From a virus (Duplodnaviria; Caudoviricetes), in IMG/VR virus record IMGVR_UViG_2867207765_000001, positions 30,514 to 94,513 of that record: DNA of 64,000 bases. One strand, 5' to 3'. Below, in pieces: positions 17,876-26,001 of this stretch; positions within the stretch are counted from its first letter, which is position 1, and the number at the start of each line of letters is the position of its first letter. The position numbers and the translations under genes were made by a program. The notes under the pieces are model-generated. The model did no database searches. It was given only the letters and a program-made list of their open reading frames with translations, and had not been told where the DNA came from.

Positions 17876-18288
17876 TGGGCCAGGAGGTGGACTTGAACCA
17901 CCAACTACGTCGTCGTCGCGGGAGCGACCCGCGCCGGCACGTCGTAGCGCTCCGACTGTCTCTGTGATGATGAACCAGGGCTAGCGCCTGCATCACGGAG
18001 CAGAAGGACCAGGTGTACCGTTTACCGATCCTGGCAGAGCCCGTTTCGCGCAGCCGCGGGCATTCGGCTTGCCGGGACCTATCAACCCGGCTCCAGTGCG
18101 AGCGCTTGCAGGAGTTTCACGTCCGAGGGCGTGTGGAGCCTGCCACTCCAAGTAGGCGACTGCGAAGCCGTACCGGTTGCCCGGCACCCGGCCTTCCCGA
18201 CCGGGCCACCCTGTACGTGGGTGTAACTGCGCCGCGGGCCTAGAACTCCGCGGCGTCAGAAGGCAACCCGTCGGCGCCATCCTGATCG
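17876..18288 (-). ncRNA. large structured RNA, GOLLD-like
   Basis: ~410 nt of hairpins inside the tRNA array, ending in T-arm GGTGG-TTCAAGT-CCACC, closed by GATCAGGA/TCCTGGCC; family assignment from memory, not searched. Confidence 0.6.
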
Positions 18289-18297
18289 CAATCTCGG

Positions 18298-18372
18298 CTC
18301 CCCCGGGAGGGCTCGAACCTCCAAAACCTCCGAGTTAACAGCTCGGCGCTCTGCCAATTGAGCTACAGGGGA
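18298..18372 (-). tRNA. tRNA-Asn(GTT)
   Basis: U1:A72, CCGAG-CTGTTAA-CTCGG. Confidence 0.93.
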
Positions 18373-18560
18373 ATACTCCGCCCCAGCGCATCGGGACGGG
18401 AAGGTAGTGCAGGGTCTCCCACCCCACGTCGCGGACGCTGGGTTGGTCGTGATGCACATGGTTGACAGCGACCTGCGGTAACAGGTCGTGCGCTGCTGCG
18501 GCCGGACTGTACGGGGTGTACCGGCGCTGCGATCCGCCTTTTACCGAGGCGTCCCGTGAG

Positions 18561-18632
18561 TGGTCAGGGGAGGAGTTGAACCTCCGACTTCCGTCTTATC
18601 AGGACGGCACTCTTCCGCTGAGTTACCCGACC
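18561..18632 (-). tRNA. tRNA-Ile(GAT)
   Basis: CCGTC-CTGATAA-GACGG. Confidence 0.93.
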
Positions 18633-18640
18633 AAGGTGCG

Positions 18641-18713
18641 TGCCCCCACTTGGACTTGAACCAAGGACTCGCCGGGTAAGAGCCGGCTGCTCTACCAACT
18701 GAGCTATAGAGGC
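18641..18713 (-). tRNA. tRNA-Lys(CTT)
   Basis: GCCGG-CTCTTAC-CCGGC. Confidence 0.93.
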
Positions 18714-18821
18714 GAAGGTCGACAGGTCCGTGTGCGGTGTTCGGGCGGGTAGCCAACCGCCGTGCTTTCGAGTGCACGCTGACCACACGGTCCTGTCTGA
18801 CGGGATGTACGGTCCCGTTTG

Positions 18822-18894
18822 AGCGGTAAGCGGGGCTCGAACCCGCGACATCCACTTTGGAAGAGTGGCGCTCTACCAGCTGAGCTATTACCGC
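18822..18894 (-). tRNA. tRNA-Gly(TCC)
   Basis: CCACT-CTTCCAA-AGTGG, U73. Confidence 0.95.
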
Positions 18895-18914
18895 GAACAC
18901 GCCGTGGCGTGTGA

Positions 18915-19026
18915 GCTTGAACGTTCCGACCAGGATTCGAACCTGGGAATGCCAGCGCCGTGCACAGCGAACTGGTCGCCAACGCCACGCGTCGGCTCGT
19001 GCTCCTCTCGGCTTCGGAACGTCAAG
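18915..19026 (-). ncRNA. tRNA mimic: perfect T-arm and extended acceptor stem, no canonical anticodon arm
   Basis: CTTGA-CGTTCCGA ... CCAGG-TTCGAAT-CCTGG-TCGGAACG-T-TCAAG. Confidence 0.55.
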
Positions 19027-19056
19027 TGTGTGCGACGGCTGGTCGGGCCGTCGAAG

Positions 19057-19146
19057 TGGCGGGTGGTGAGGGATTTGAACCCCCGTCCCGTTCGCACGGG
19101 ATGCGGTTTTCAAGACCGTCGCATTCGGCCGCTCTGCCAACCACCC
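19057..19146 (-). tRNA. tRNA-Ser(TGA)
   Basis: Loop CTTGAAA, long V-arm, GCCA end. Confidence 0.93.
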
Positions 19147-19241
19147 AAGTCTGGCCGCCGAGTTCCTGCCTCGGCGGCGCACGGCTTTCGGGACCCGGAT
19201 GCCGTGCCCGGTGTGAACGCCCCAACTAGCGCGTCCCCGTG

Positions 19242-19333
19242 CGGAGGGCGTGGGAGTCGAACCCACACGCGGAGGTGGAACCCCGCAGTCCGATTTCGAA
19301 TCGGGTGCCGCCGACCAATCGGCTGGGCCCTCC
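19242..19333 (-). tRNA. tRNA-Ser(CGA) with Sec-like extended D-stem
   Basis: Loop TTCGAAA; D-arm GCCGA-TTGG-TCGGC; long V-arm. Confidence 0.88.
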
Positions 19334-19420
19334 AACACTCACCGTTGATCTTCCTCAGCCCCACACCGCGTCTGGACCCGCTGGGGGATGCGCTCACGGT
19401 GAGCACGTGGGGGAGTGCAG

Positions 19421-19494
19421 CGACCCTGACCGGACTTGAACCGGCGACCTCCGCCTTGACGGGGCGGCGCTCTCACCAGCTGAGCTACAGGGCC
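19421..19494 (-). tRNA. tRNA-Asp(GTC)
   Basis: CCGCC-CCGTCAA-GGCGG, G73. Confidence 0.92.
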
Positions 19495-19517
19495 GAGACC
19501 GCCGCGGACGCGACGGC

Positions 19518-19605
19518 TGGTGGGTGGTGAGAGATTCGAACTCCCGAGGGGGCGAACCCCGCCTGGTTTACAGCCAGGTGCCATCGGCCTCTAGGCGAAC
19601 CACCC
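19518..19605 (-). tRNA. tRNA-Tyr(GTA)
   Basis: CCTGG-CTGTAAA-CCAGG, V-arm, ACCA. Confidence 0.95.
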
Positions 19606-19973
19606 AGGACCGACGCCCTGGTGGACGCCGGTGTTGGTGGCTTCGAGCCGTGGCCTCGAGGTGATGGCAGGGGTGGCGGGGGTTGCGATGATGTGCGTCC
19701 CGGTCGCCGGTCGTGCCGTCGGTGAGGTCACGGCTCGAAGCCGTGTGTTGTGTCTTGCACTGTGGAGTTCCGAAGACCCGCGAGGGGTGCTGTGCCCGTG
19801 GCGGCGGTGAGCGTGGTGCTCGTTTCCGTTGCCGGCTCTACCTCTATGCGCGGAGGTTGGAGACGGCGGGAGGCAGGTTCCCTGGCGGCTTCGTACCTCG
19901 CACAGTGACACACGCCGGACCTGGTGAAGTCCGACGTTCCAGGGGCCGGTCGGTAAGGGCCGGCCCCTGTTGT

Positions 19974-20002
19974 TGTCTTGCGCTGTGGAGTTCTCAAAAT
20001 GC
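19974..20002 (-). promoter_or_regulatory. rrn-type boxA-like antitermination sequence
   Basis: GCATTTTGAGAACTCCACAGCG resembles the actinobacterial rrn leader TTTGAGAACTCAACAG; second copy at 19751-19775. Confidence 0.5.
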
Positions 20003-20024
20003 GTCGCCATCTGGTGGCGATAGG

Positions 20025-20097
20025 CAGGGGTGACAGGACTCGAACCTGCAACTCGCGGTTTTGGAGGCCGCTGCTCTTCCAGTTGAGCTACACCCCT
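20025..20097 (-). tRNA. tRNA-Trp(CCA)
   Basis: AGGGGTG acceptor, loop CTCCAAA. Confidence 0.94.
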
Positions 20098-20457
20098 ATG
20101 TCGTGATCTTCGCGTTGCTGCTGGAAACAACAAACGAGGCGGGGACTTCCAGTTCCGTGAAGCGTGTCGGCTTCGGTCCTGGAGGTCCCCGCCTCGTGGA
20201 AGAGTGCGGGCCGTCTGGGCTTACATGCCGTTCACCTGGAACTTCGCCTGGTAATCGGGGGTCGAGCAGTTCTGCCATTCGTTGCCGTTCGGCGTCATGG
20301 CAGCGCGCAGCACACGACCGGAGTCGTGTCGCTGGATCAAGAGCGCTGACATGAGATGCCTTTCGGACAGAGCGGGTGGACCGCAGGAATGCGAACGGTC
20401 GACAATGTAGCGTCGACGTCCGACTTCGCCAAACATTACGGCGTGTCGCGCGGGAAG

Positions 20458-21906
20458 TTAGGCTTCGGCGGGACCCTTGTACGCCTCGTCGGGGACGTTC
20501 AGCAGGTCGAAATGCTGGAACGTTTCCGGCTGCTGTTCCGCGGGTGCGATGACGTCATCGAACGCGGGAATGGGAGCGGCCGGGGGAACGGGAAGCGGCA
20601 GCGGCGACCCGTCGATAGCGGACGGAACCGTCGCCGAAGAAGGTGTCGCCGCTGGGAACGTCCACGCCTGCTCCGCGTCGGACACTGCCGCTGGGGCGGG
20701 GGATGCCTCCGGGAACGTCCACGTGGGCTCCGCGTCGGGTTCCGGCGCCGGAGAGGTCTCCTCCGTGGTGGGGGCCGGCACGTCGACAGGGGCTGCGGGA
20801 GCGGGTTCCGTCAGGTACGCGAGCGCTTCCTCCGCACGGGCCTGCAGCACCTCGTCGGACTCTGCCTCGGCAAGCCCTTCGACCGGAGCGTTCACGTCGT
20901 AGTTCAGCTCGATGAGCGGTGCGTTGTAGTCCTCGCCGGAGCTCTGACCCCCGAGGTCGTACGAACCGAACTGGAAGGTCTCGTCCGGCGGGGTGACACC
21001 GAGCCCTTCGAAGTCCGTGGCGGAGAACCCGAACTGCGCACCATCCCACGGAGCGGCCTCGGACGGCTGAACCAGCGGCGCGTCGACGTGGAACGGCTCC
21101 GCCACCACGGGGAAGTCCGGGATCGGGGCGGGAGCGACCGGGTCGAGGCTGACGGGGAACGCCGGACCGTGCTCATCCGGGAACTGCGGAACGTCGACGG
21201 GAGCCGAGCCGGTGAACGGGTCCTGTCTGTCGAACGGAGTCTGGCCCGGGAACGACGACGGGAACGGTTCGGCGTCAGCGAACGCCGACGGCTGCGGCGC
21301 TTCGGGCTGCTCCGGGGCGGACTTCCGCAGCACGTCCAGGTTCGCGTCGCCGAACAGCGCCGAAGCGGGCAGCGGCGTACCGAACGCCGGATGCGTGTAC
21401 GCGTCACCCGCGTCGATGAGGCCAAGCTCCACGGCAGCGCCAAGCAGCGTCCCGCGAAGCGGTTCGTCGACCTCCGGGCCCGGGGCGGCCAGCACCGTCC
21501 CCTCCTCGAGGAGAGACGGATGCTCCACGGCGACCGCCGCAGCGATGGGGGACTCCGCGGCGGCGGCAGACACCAGCGCCTTCGCCCGTGCCGTCACCTC
21601 CTCATCGAGAGCCCGGATCTGCTCGAGGACCGCTGACTCCTGCGACCAGTCGAGGACCACCTCGGCGATGTGCTGCGGAACGGCGGGGATCCCGAACCGG
21701 GCATCCACCTCCGTCCGGTACGCGTCAGCATCGACGCCGAGCAGCGCCGCTGCAAGCCGGGACACGGGAATGCGGACCGGCGGGTCGCTGAGCTTGTTCT
21801 CCAGCACCCATCCACGGCCGTGCAGGAGCAGATGCGCGAGGTTCGTGGCGAGCGGGTTGGAGCTCCGGAGCTCGTCGATCTTGTCGTGCTCGGGGGTGTT
21901 GGACAC
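20458..21906 (-). CDS. hypothetical protein with long acidic Pro/Ala/Phe-rich disordered C-terminus
   Basis: ORF 20458..22248, GTG 21906 with GAAAGG RBS and CGCATAG at ~21963. Confidence 0.75.
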   Translation of the reverse strand: MSNTPEHDKIDELRSSNPLATNLAHLLLHGRGWVLENKLSDPPVRIPVSRLAAALLGVDADAYRTEVDARFGIPAVPQHIAEVVLDWSQESAVLEQIRALDEEVTARAKALVSAAAAESPIAAAVAVEHPSLLEEGTVLAAPGPEVDEPLRGTLLGAAVELGLIDAGDAYTHPAFGTPLPASALFGDANLDVLRKSAPEQPEAPQPSAFADAEPFPSSFPGQTPFDRQDPFTGSAPVDVPQFPDEHGPAFPVSLDPVAPAPIPDFPVVAEPFHVDAPLVQPSEAAPWDGAQFGFSATDFEGLGVTPPDETFQFGSYDLGGQSSGEDYNAPLIELNYDVNAPVEGLAEAESDEVLQARAEEALAYLTEPAPAAPVDVPAPTTEETSPAPEPDAEPTWTFPEASPAPAAVSDAEQAWTFPAATPSSATVPSAIDGSPLPLPVPPAAPIPAFDDVIAPAEQQPETFQHFDLLNVPDEAYKGPAEA

Positions 21907-22081
21907 GTCGTGCCTTTCGGGGCGGTTGTGCGGCATGCGGCGCCGGTGGCGGTCAGAGGGTTCTATGCGGCGGAACCGGGCCCTGTCGCACCGCCCAGCT
22001 CCGCACGGAACCGCTTCCTGAGCAGCGGTCGCGTATGGCAGGATTCGGGGCACGCGTGAGGCCCGACCCGAACGGAAGCTC

Positions 22082-23692
22082 ATGAACGTCCGACGCATCA
22101 TCGCTGTCGTCATCGCTCTTGCTGTCGCTGCTGTCGCCGCTGGCTGCACGGCGCTCCCGCCTGGCACGAGCACCGTCCACGGTTCGACGATGGCCGTCAC
22201 CGCGAGCGCTGCGGCGAACCTGGTGGCACCGACGGTGACGGTGGACATCCCGAAAGGATCGGTGAAGGGCAGCGGTCATCTCGCGGTGGTTCCGGCGCTG
22301 ACCGACAGTGGAGTCGCCGTGTTCTCCATTCGGCTCACCGGTGCGACCCTGACCGGTCCCATGACGCTGACGTTCCCGCACGCCAGGACGAAGGACAGTG
22401 CGAAGCCGTTCATCGCTTATTCGGAAGCGCGGACCGGTGCGCTCACTCCCGTGTCGAACATCAAGGTCACCAGCGCCGGCGCCGTCGTCAGCACCACCCA
22501 CTTCTCCTTCTGGCTGGTGTCCTGGGCCTCCGACGTCATCAACGGCATCAAGCAGGTCATCCAGACCGTTCTTGCGAAGACGCAGGCGGCTGGGCCGCCG
22601 ACCTGTGCCAGCGAGGACAAGGCCCGAGCGGGCGGCCTCACGGTGACCAGTGGCTCCGGGAACAGCGTCTACTGGTGCGTCGGACTGAACGCCGCCGGGC
22701 AGACCGAGGTGAAAGTCACCAACCCGCGGAACTTCCCAGTCGTCATGGACTCCACACCCGGACTCACCCTCGAGAACCCAGACCCGGAGTGGGTTGCCGC
22801 CATCAAACGGTTCACCGGCGGCGCACCAGCACGTCACCCCGGCGACACCGTCTACGTCGTCAACGCGGGGGAAACCGAATCGTTCGTGCTGACGGGAACC
22901 ACCGCGCAGACCATCCACGTCGAACCCAGCGAGTTGGGGTTCTTCGTGCAAGGGCTCGTCCTCGCCGCGCAGATGGTCGTCCTCCTCGTGACGCACAAGC
23001 CTCTCGGCGTCGCGAAGGAGCTGCCGTCGAAGGCGCCGAACGCCGCGGTCGCGTTCTACCGGTACGTTGCCGCGAACGCAGAATGCGCAGTGCCAGAAGG
23101 GAAGCTGCTGCTGGGCTCGAAGCTCGACAACATCGCCGATGGGATGAAAGCCGTCGCGACCGGGCTGGAAGCGGCAGCGGAGTGCGTCGTCCCGTCGCTG
23201 AAGGTCAGCAACCTCATCGCGCAAGGAGCGAGCACCCTCACCACGCTGTTCAGCACGGTGGTCGACGCGGTGACACTCGTCCTCAACGCGCCCGTCGAAA
23301 TTGTGGAGAGCATCGCCGGCTACGACGTGACACTCACCCCGCCGCTGCCGCAGTGGCAGCAGTGCCGGAAGCCGACGGAGACACTCTCCGAGGCGTATCG
23401 GGCTGCTGACGCCACGCTGACAATCTGCACCAAGGGCGCTGGCGACAGCACGAGCGTCGCACCGCAACGCGCGTACTTCACCTCGTCCGTCTACGGCAAC
23501 CACACCATCGAAGACTGGGGCTACCAAGGCGACGGTGACTGCGGCAGCTGGGACAACAGCGACACCAACACCGTCTGCGTCGGCTACACCCAGCAGCCCG
23601 GATCCAACGCCATGGAGATGGAGGTGTTCACCCCGGCCACCACCGGCATCGTCAACATCCCCGTGCTGCAGACGTACCCGCCGATGCAGTGA
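22082..23692 (+). CDS. large lipoprotein
   Basis: Signal peptide with lipobox AAGC; 536 aa; several Cys. Confidence 0.8.
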   Translation: MNVRRIIAVVIALAVAAVAAGCTALPPGTSTVHGSTMAVTASAAANLVAPTVTVDIPKGSVKGSGHLAVVPALTDSGVAVFSIRLTGATLTGPMTLTFPHARTKDSAKPFIAYSEARTGALTPVSNIKVTSAGAVVSTTHFSFWLVSWASDVINGIKQVIQTVLAKTQAAGPPTCASEDKARAGGLTVTSGSGNSVYWCVGLNAAGQTEVKVTNPRNFPVVMDSTPGLTLENPDPEWVAAIKRFTGGAPARHPGDTVYVVNAGETESFVLTGTTAQTIHVEPSELGFFVQGLVLAAQMVVLLVTHKPLGVAKELPSKAPNAAVAFYRYVAANAECAVPEGKLLLGSKLDNIADGMKAVATGLEAAAECVVPSLKVSNLIAQGASTLTTLFSTVVDAVTLVLNAPVEIVESIAGYDVTLTPPLPQWQQCRKPTETLSEAYRAADATLTICTKGAGDSTSVAPQRAYFTSSVYGNHTIEDWGYQGDGDCGSWDNSDTNTVCVGYTQQPGSNAMEMEVFTPATTGIVNIPVLQTYPPMQ

Positions 23693-23695
23693 GAC

Positions 23696-24724
23696 CTACT
23701 TCGCCCGGTGGGTGATGAGGGCTTCCGCGTACGCCGGCCACCATGCGCCTGCGACGGGAGCGCCGTTGCAGGCGCCGTCGGATTCACCTGGCGTTTTCAC
23801 CCACAGCAGCGCGTCGAGGTGCGGGTCGCCGGTGATGACCTTCGGCGGCAGTCCGAGGCCGGCGCCGACCGGGTTGCACCAGGTGCCCTTCCAGCCCTGC
23901 CCGTTCCGGGATGTGTCGATGATGTAGTGGGCGCCGCCGGTGAGCGCGGACACCTTCTCCGCGTACGCGCGTTCGTTCGCCGTGGGGTAGAAGTTCGACA
24001 CGTTCGTGTAGAAGCCTCGTGCCCCAGCGATCCAGGCGGAGCGAAGCCGGTGCGCTTGCAGGTCAGCGGAGTTCCAGTTGCAGTTCCCGCCGTCGAGGTA
24101 CGCGGCGACGCCAGCGTCCGCGAACTGGTGCACGGCTTCCTTGAGGAGCGGGTACCGGGCGTCGGCGGCAGCCGGGCAGGAGGTCAGCAGCGACAGGGAG
24201 TCCGGTTCGATGAGGACGACGGAGCGGGTCCCGCGGAGGTGGCTGGCGATGACGCCGTTCCAGGTCTGGTACGCGCTGGGGGTGAGGCCGCCGGCGGACA
24301 GGTTTCCGCAGTCCCGTTCCGGGATGGCGTAGGTGACGAACACGGCGGTCTGCCCGAGCTTCTTCGCCGCGGCGGTGATGGTGTCCACCTTCTGCGCTGC
24401 CTGCGCCGGCGTGAACCAGTCACCGAGCCAGGTGGCGGTCGGATAGGCGGCCAGGGTGCGGGCGGCCGCGGCGCGGGCAGCGTCATGGCTGGCGGTGAGG
24501 GCGGCGGCCGCGCGTGCCGCTTCCGAGTTCGGGTCGTTGTAGATGCCGTTGCCGAACACCTGCGCAGCGGTCGCGGTGTGCTCCATCCCCTCAGTCAACG
24601 CTGGGGTAGGTGCCGGGGCTGCGTTCGCGGTACCGCTGGTGAGCGCGCAGCCGGCCAGGGACAGGAACGCTGCGACGGCCGCAACGCCGAAGGTGAGACG
24701 ACGGCGGACGGAGGCAGCGGACAT
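23696..24724 (-). CDS. glycoside hydrolase family 6 (endoglucanase-like), lipoprotein signal
   Basis: YAIPERDCG, IEPDSL, YLDGGN, TNVSNF, IIDTSRNG, WCNP, WVKTPGESDG. Confidence 0.92.
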   Translation of the reverse strand: MSAASVRRRLTFGVAAVAAFLSLAGCALTSGTANAAPAPTPALTEGMEHTATAAQVFGNGIYNDPNSEAARAAAALTASHDAARAAAARTLAAYPTATWLGDWFTPAQAAQKVDTITAAAKKLGQTAVFVTYAIPERDCGNLSAGGLTPSAYQTWNGVIASHLRGTRSVVLIEPDSLSLLTSCPAAADARYPLLKEAVHQFADAGVAAYLDGGNCNWNSADLQAHRLRSAWIAGARGFYTNVSNFYPTANERAYAEKVSALTGGAHYIIDTSRNGQGWKGTWCNPVGAGLGLPPKVITGDPHLDALLWVKTPGESDGACNGAPVAGAWWPAYAEALITHRAK

Positions 24725-24742
24725 GGCGGTGCGGCTTTCTTC

Positions 24743-25591
24743 TCAGATGGGCAGAGCGATGTTGAACCGCTCCTGCAGGACGGTGCGGGTGATGGTGCGA
24801 GCGGTTCCGAGGAGGTCGGATGCTTTGTCCTGACGGATGTGGAGGGTGCGGGCGATCTCGGTGACGGTGCCCATCGCCGGCGGTTCGCTGTACAGGTCGC
24901 CGAGCCACACCTCGGCGGTCTTGCCCAGTTCGCTGGAATGCTCGAAGCAGGTTTCGATGGCGAGTTCGACGAGCTCGCGACCTTCGATAGGGGAGATGAC
25001 GTAGTCGTCCTCTTCGACGGCGCGGTCGTGGTCGGCGATGTCGGCCACGGGGAGCACCCCGTCAAGGTCGGTCAGTTCGACGAGGACGCCCTGCTTCTCC
25101 GGGTTGGAGCGGCGGGCACGCATCTGCTCGTTCGCGGCGTCAACGATCTCGGTTCGCTCCGGCTCCCGGCCGAGCTTCTTCCGAAGGTCCTCCCGGACGC
25201 GGGCGATGTGGCGCTGCTTCCGCTGCAACGCGACCATGCCGCTTGCCGCGGTCACTTCGGAGCTGTTGAAGTACGCCAGCGCCGCGTACCGGCTGATGCC
25301 GTTCAGGTACGAGTACCAGGCTTCGACCTTGTCGTGCTTGCCGGGAAGCACCGCTTCGCGGAGCACCTCGAGGGTGCGTTCCGCGATGACGCTGATGACG
25401 TCGTCGCGGTGGCTGCCGTACACGTCGCCGGAGTGACGTCCGAGGGTGCGAGCCCACTGCTGGAAGTGGGGAAGCATGTACCGGAGGACCTTGTCCTCGA
25501 CGCGGCGTCGCGCGGTCTGGTTGGGAGCGGTTCGCAGCTCGTCGATCATGACGGCGAGTTCTGCGGAGTACCGCTTGCTGTCGGCGGTCAA
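24743..25591 (-). CDS. divergent sigma-70-family RNA polymerase sigma factor
   Basis: Region-2-like DDVISV...WYSYLNGISRYAALAYF, region-3-like LRKKLGREPERTEI, C-terminal HTH TVTEIARTLHI; TTG start overlaps the upstream stop. Confidence 0.7.
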   Translation of the reverse strand: MTADSKRYSAELAVMIDELRTAPNQTARRRVEDKVLRYMLPHFQQWARTLGRHSGDVYGSHRDDVISVIAERTLEVLREAVLPGKHDKVEAWYSYLNGISRYAALAYFNSSEVTAASGMVALQRKQRHIARVREDLRKKLGREPERTEIVDAANEQMRARRSNPEKQGVLVELTDLDGVLPVADIADHDRAVEEDDYVISPIEGRELVELAIETCFEHSSELGKTAEVWLGDLYSEPPAMGTVTEIARTLHIRQDKASDLLGTARTITRTVLQERFNIALPI

Positions 25592-26001
25592 CGGGTTCCC
25601 CCTGAGATGCGGGCTGGTCGAGGTGTGAACGGGAAGCCGGGCCATGGGGTGGCGGAGTTGTTCCCGAGGGCGTCGCAGAACGCCATGAACCGGCGGCCGC
25701 CGGCGCGGGCGTCGAGCAGCCAGGCGATGGTGAACTTCCGTGGAGCGACGTCGGAGCCGGTGAGATGCAGCACATGCCGGGTGATGCGGGCGACCGTTTC
25801 GTCGCCGACGCCGGGCTGGGCGAGCAGCAGCTGCTTGAGGGTGATGCGCAGCAGCGGCTTCCCGTTGGGCTTGCAGGCGAGGCGGATGACGTCGTGGACG
25901 CTCGCCCGGCCGGTGGCGACGTGCATCAGTGCGGTGGCGCGGAGGTGCCGGGCGGCGGCGCGGGCACTGTTCGCGTCAGCCAGCGGCGGGCGGACGTTCA
26001 T
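25588..26001 (-). CDS. mihF: actinobacterial integration host factor (mIHF)-like H2TH protein
   Basis: ARAAARHLRA...GRASVHDVI...LKQLLLAQPGVG matches the mIHF pattern. Confidence 0.65.
   Translation of the reverse strand: MNVRPPLADANSARAAARHLRATALMHVATGRASVHDVIRLACKPNGKPLLRITLKQLLLAQPGVGDETVARITRHVLHLTGSDVAPRKFTIAWLLDARAGGRRFMAFCDALGNNSATPWPGFPFTPRPARISGGTR

Noticed and set aside
19242-19333. tRNA-Sec (selC)
   Set aside because: Anticodon is CGA, not TCA, and the acceptor stem is 7 bp.
12791-20133. Many short ORFs across the tRNA array
   Set aside because: They translate tRNA/ncRNA sequence (GSNP, VQIP, RFES peptides) and are not proteins.
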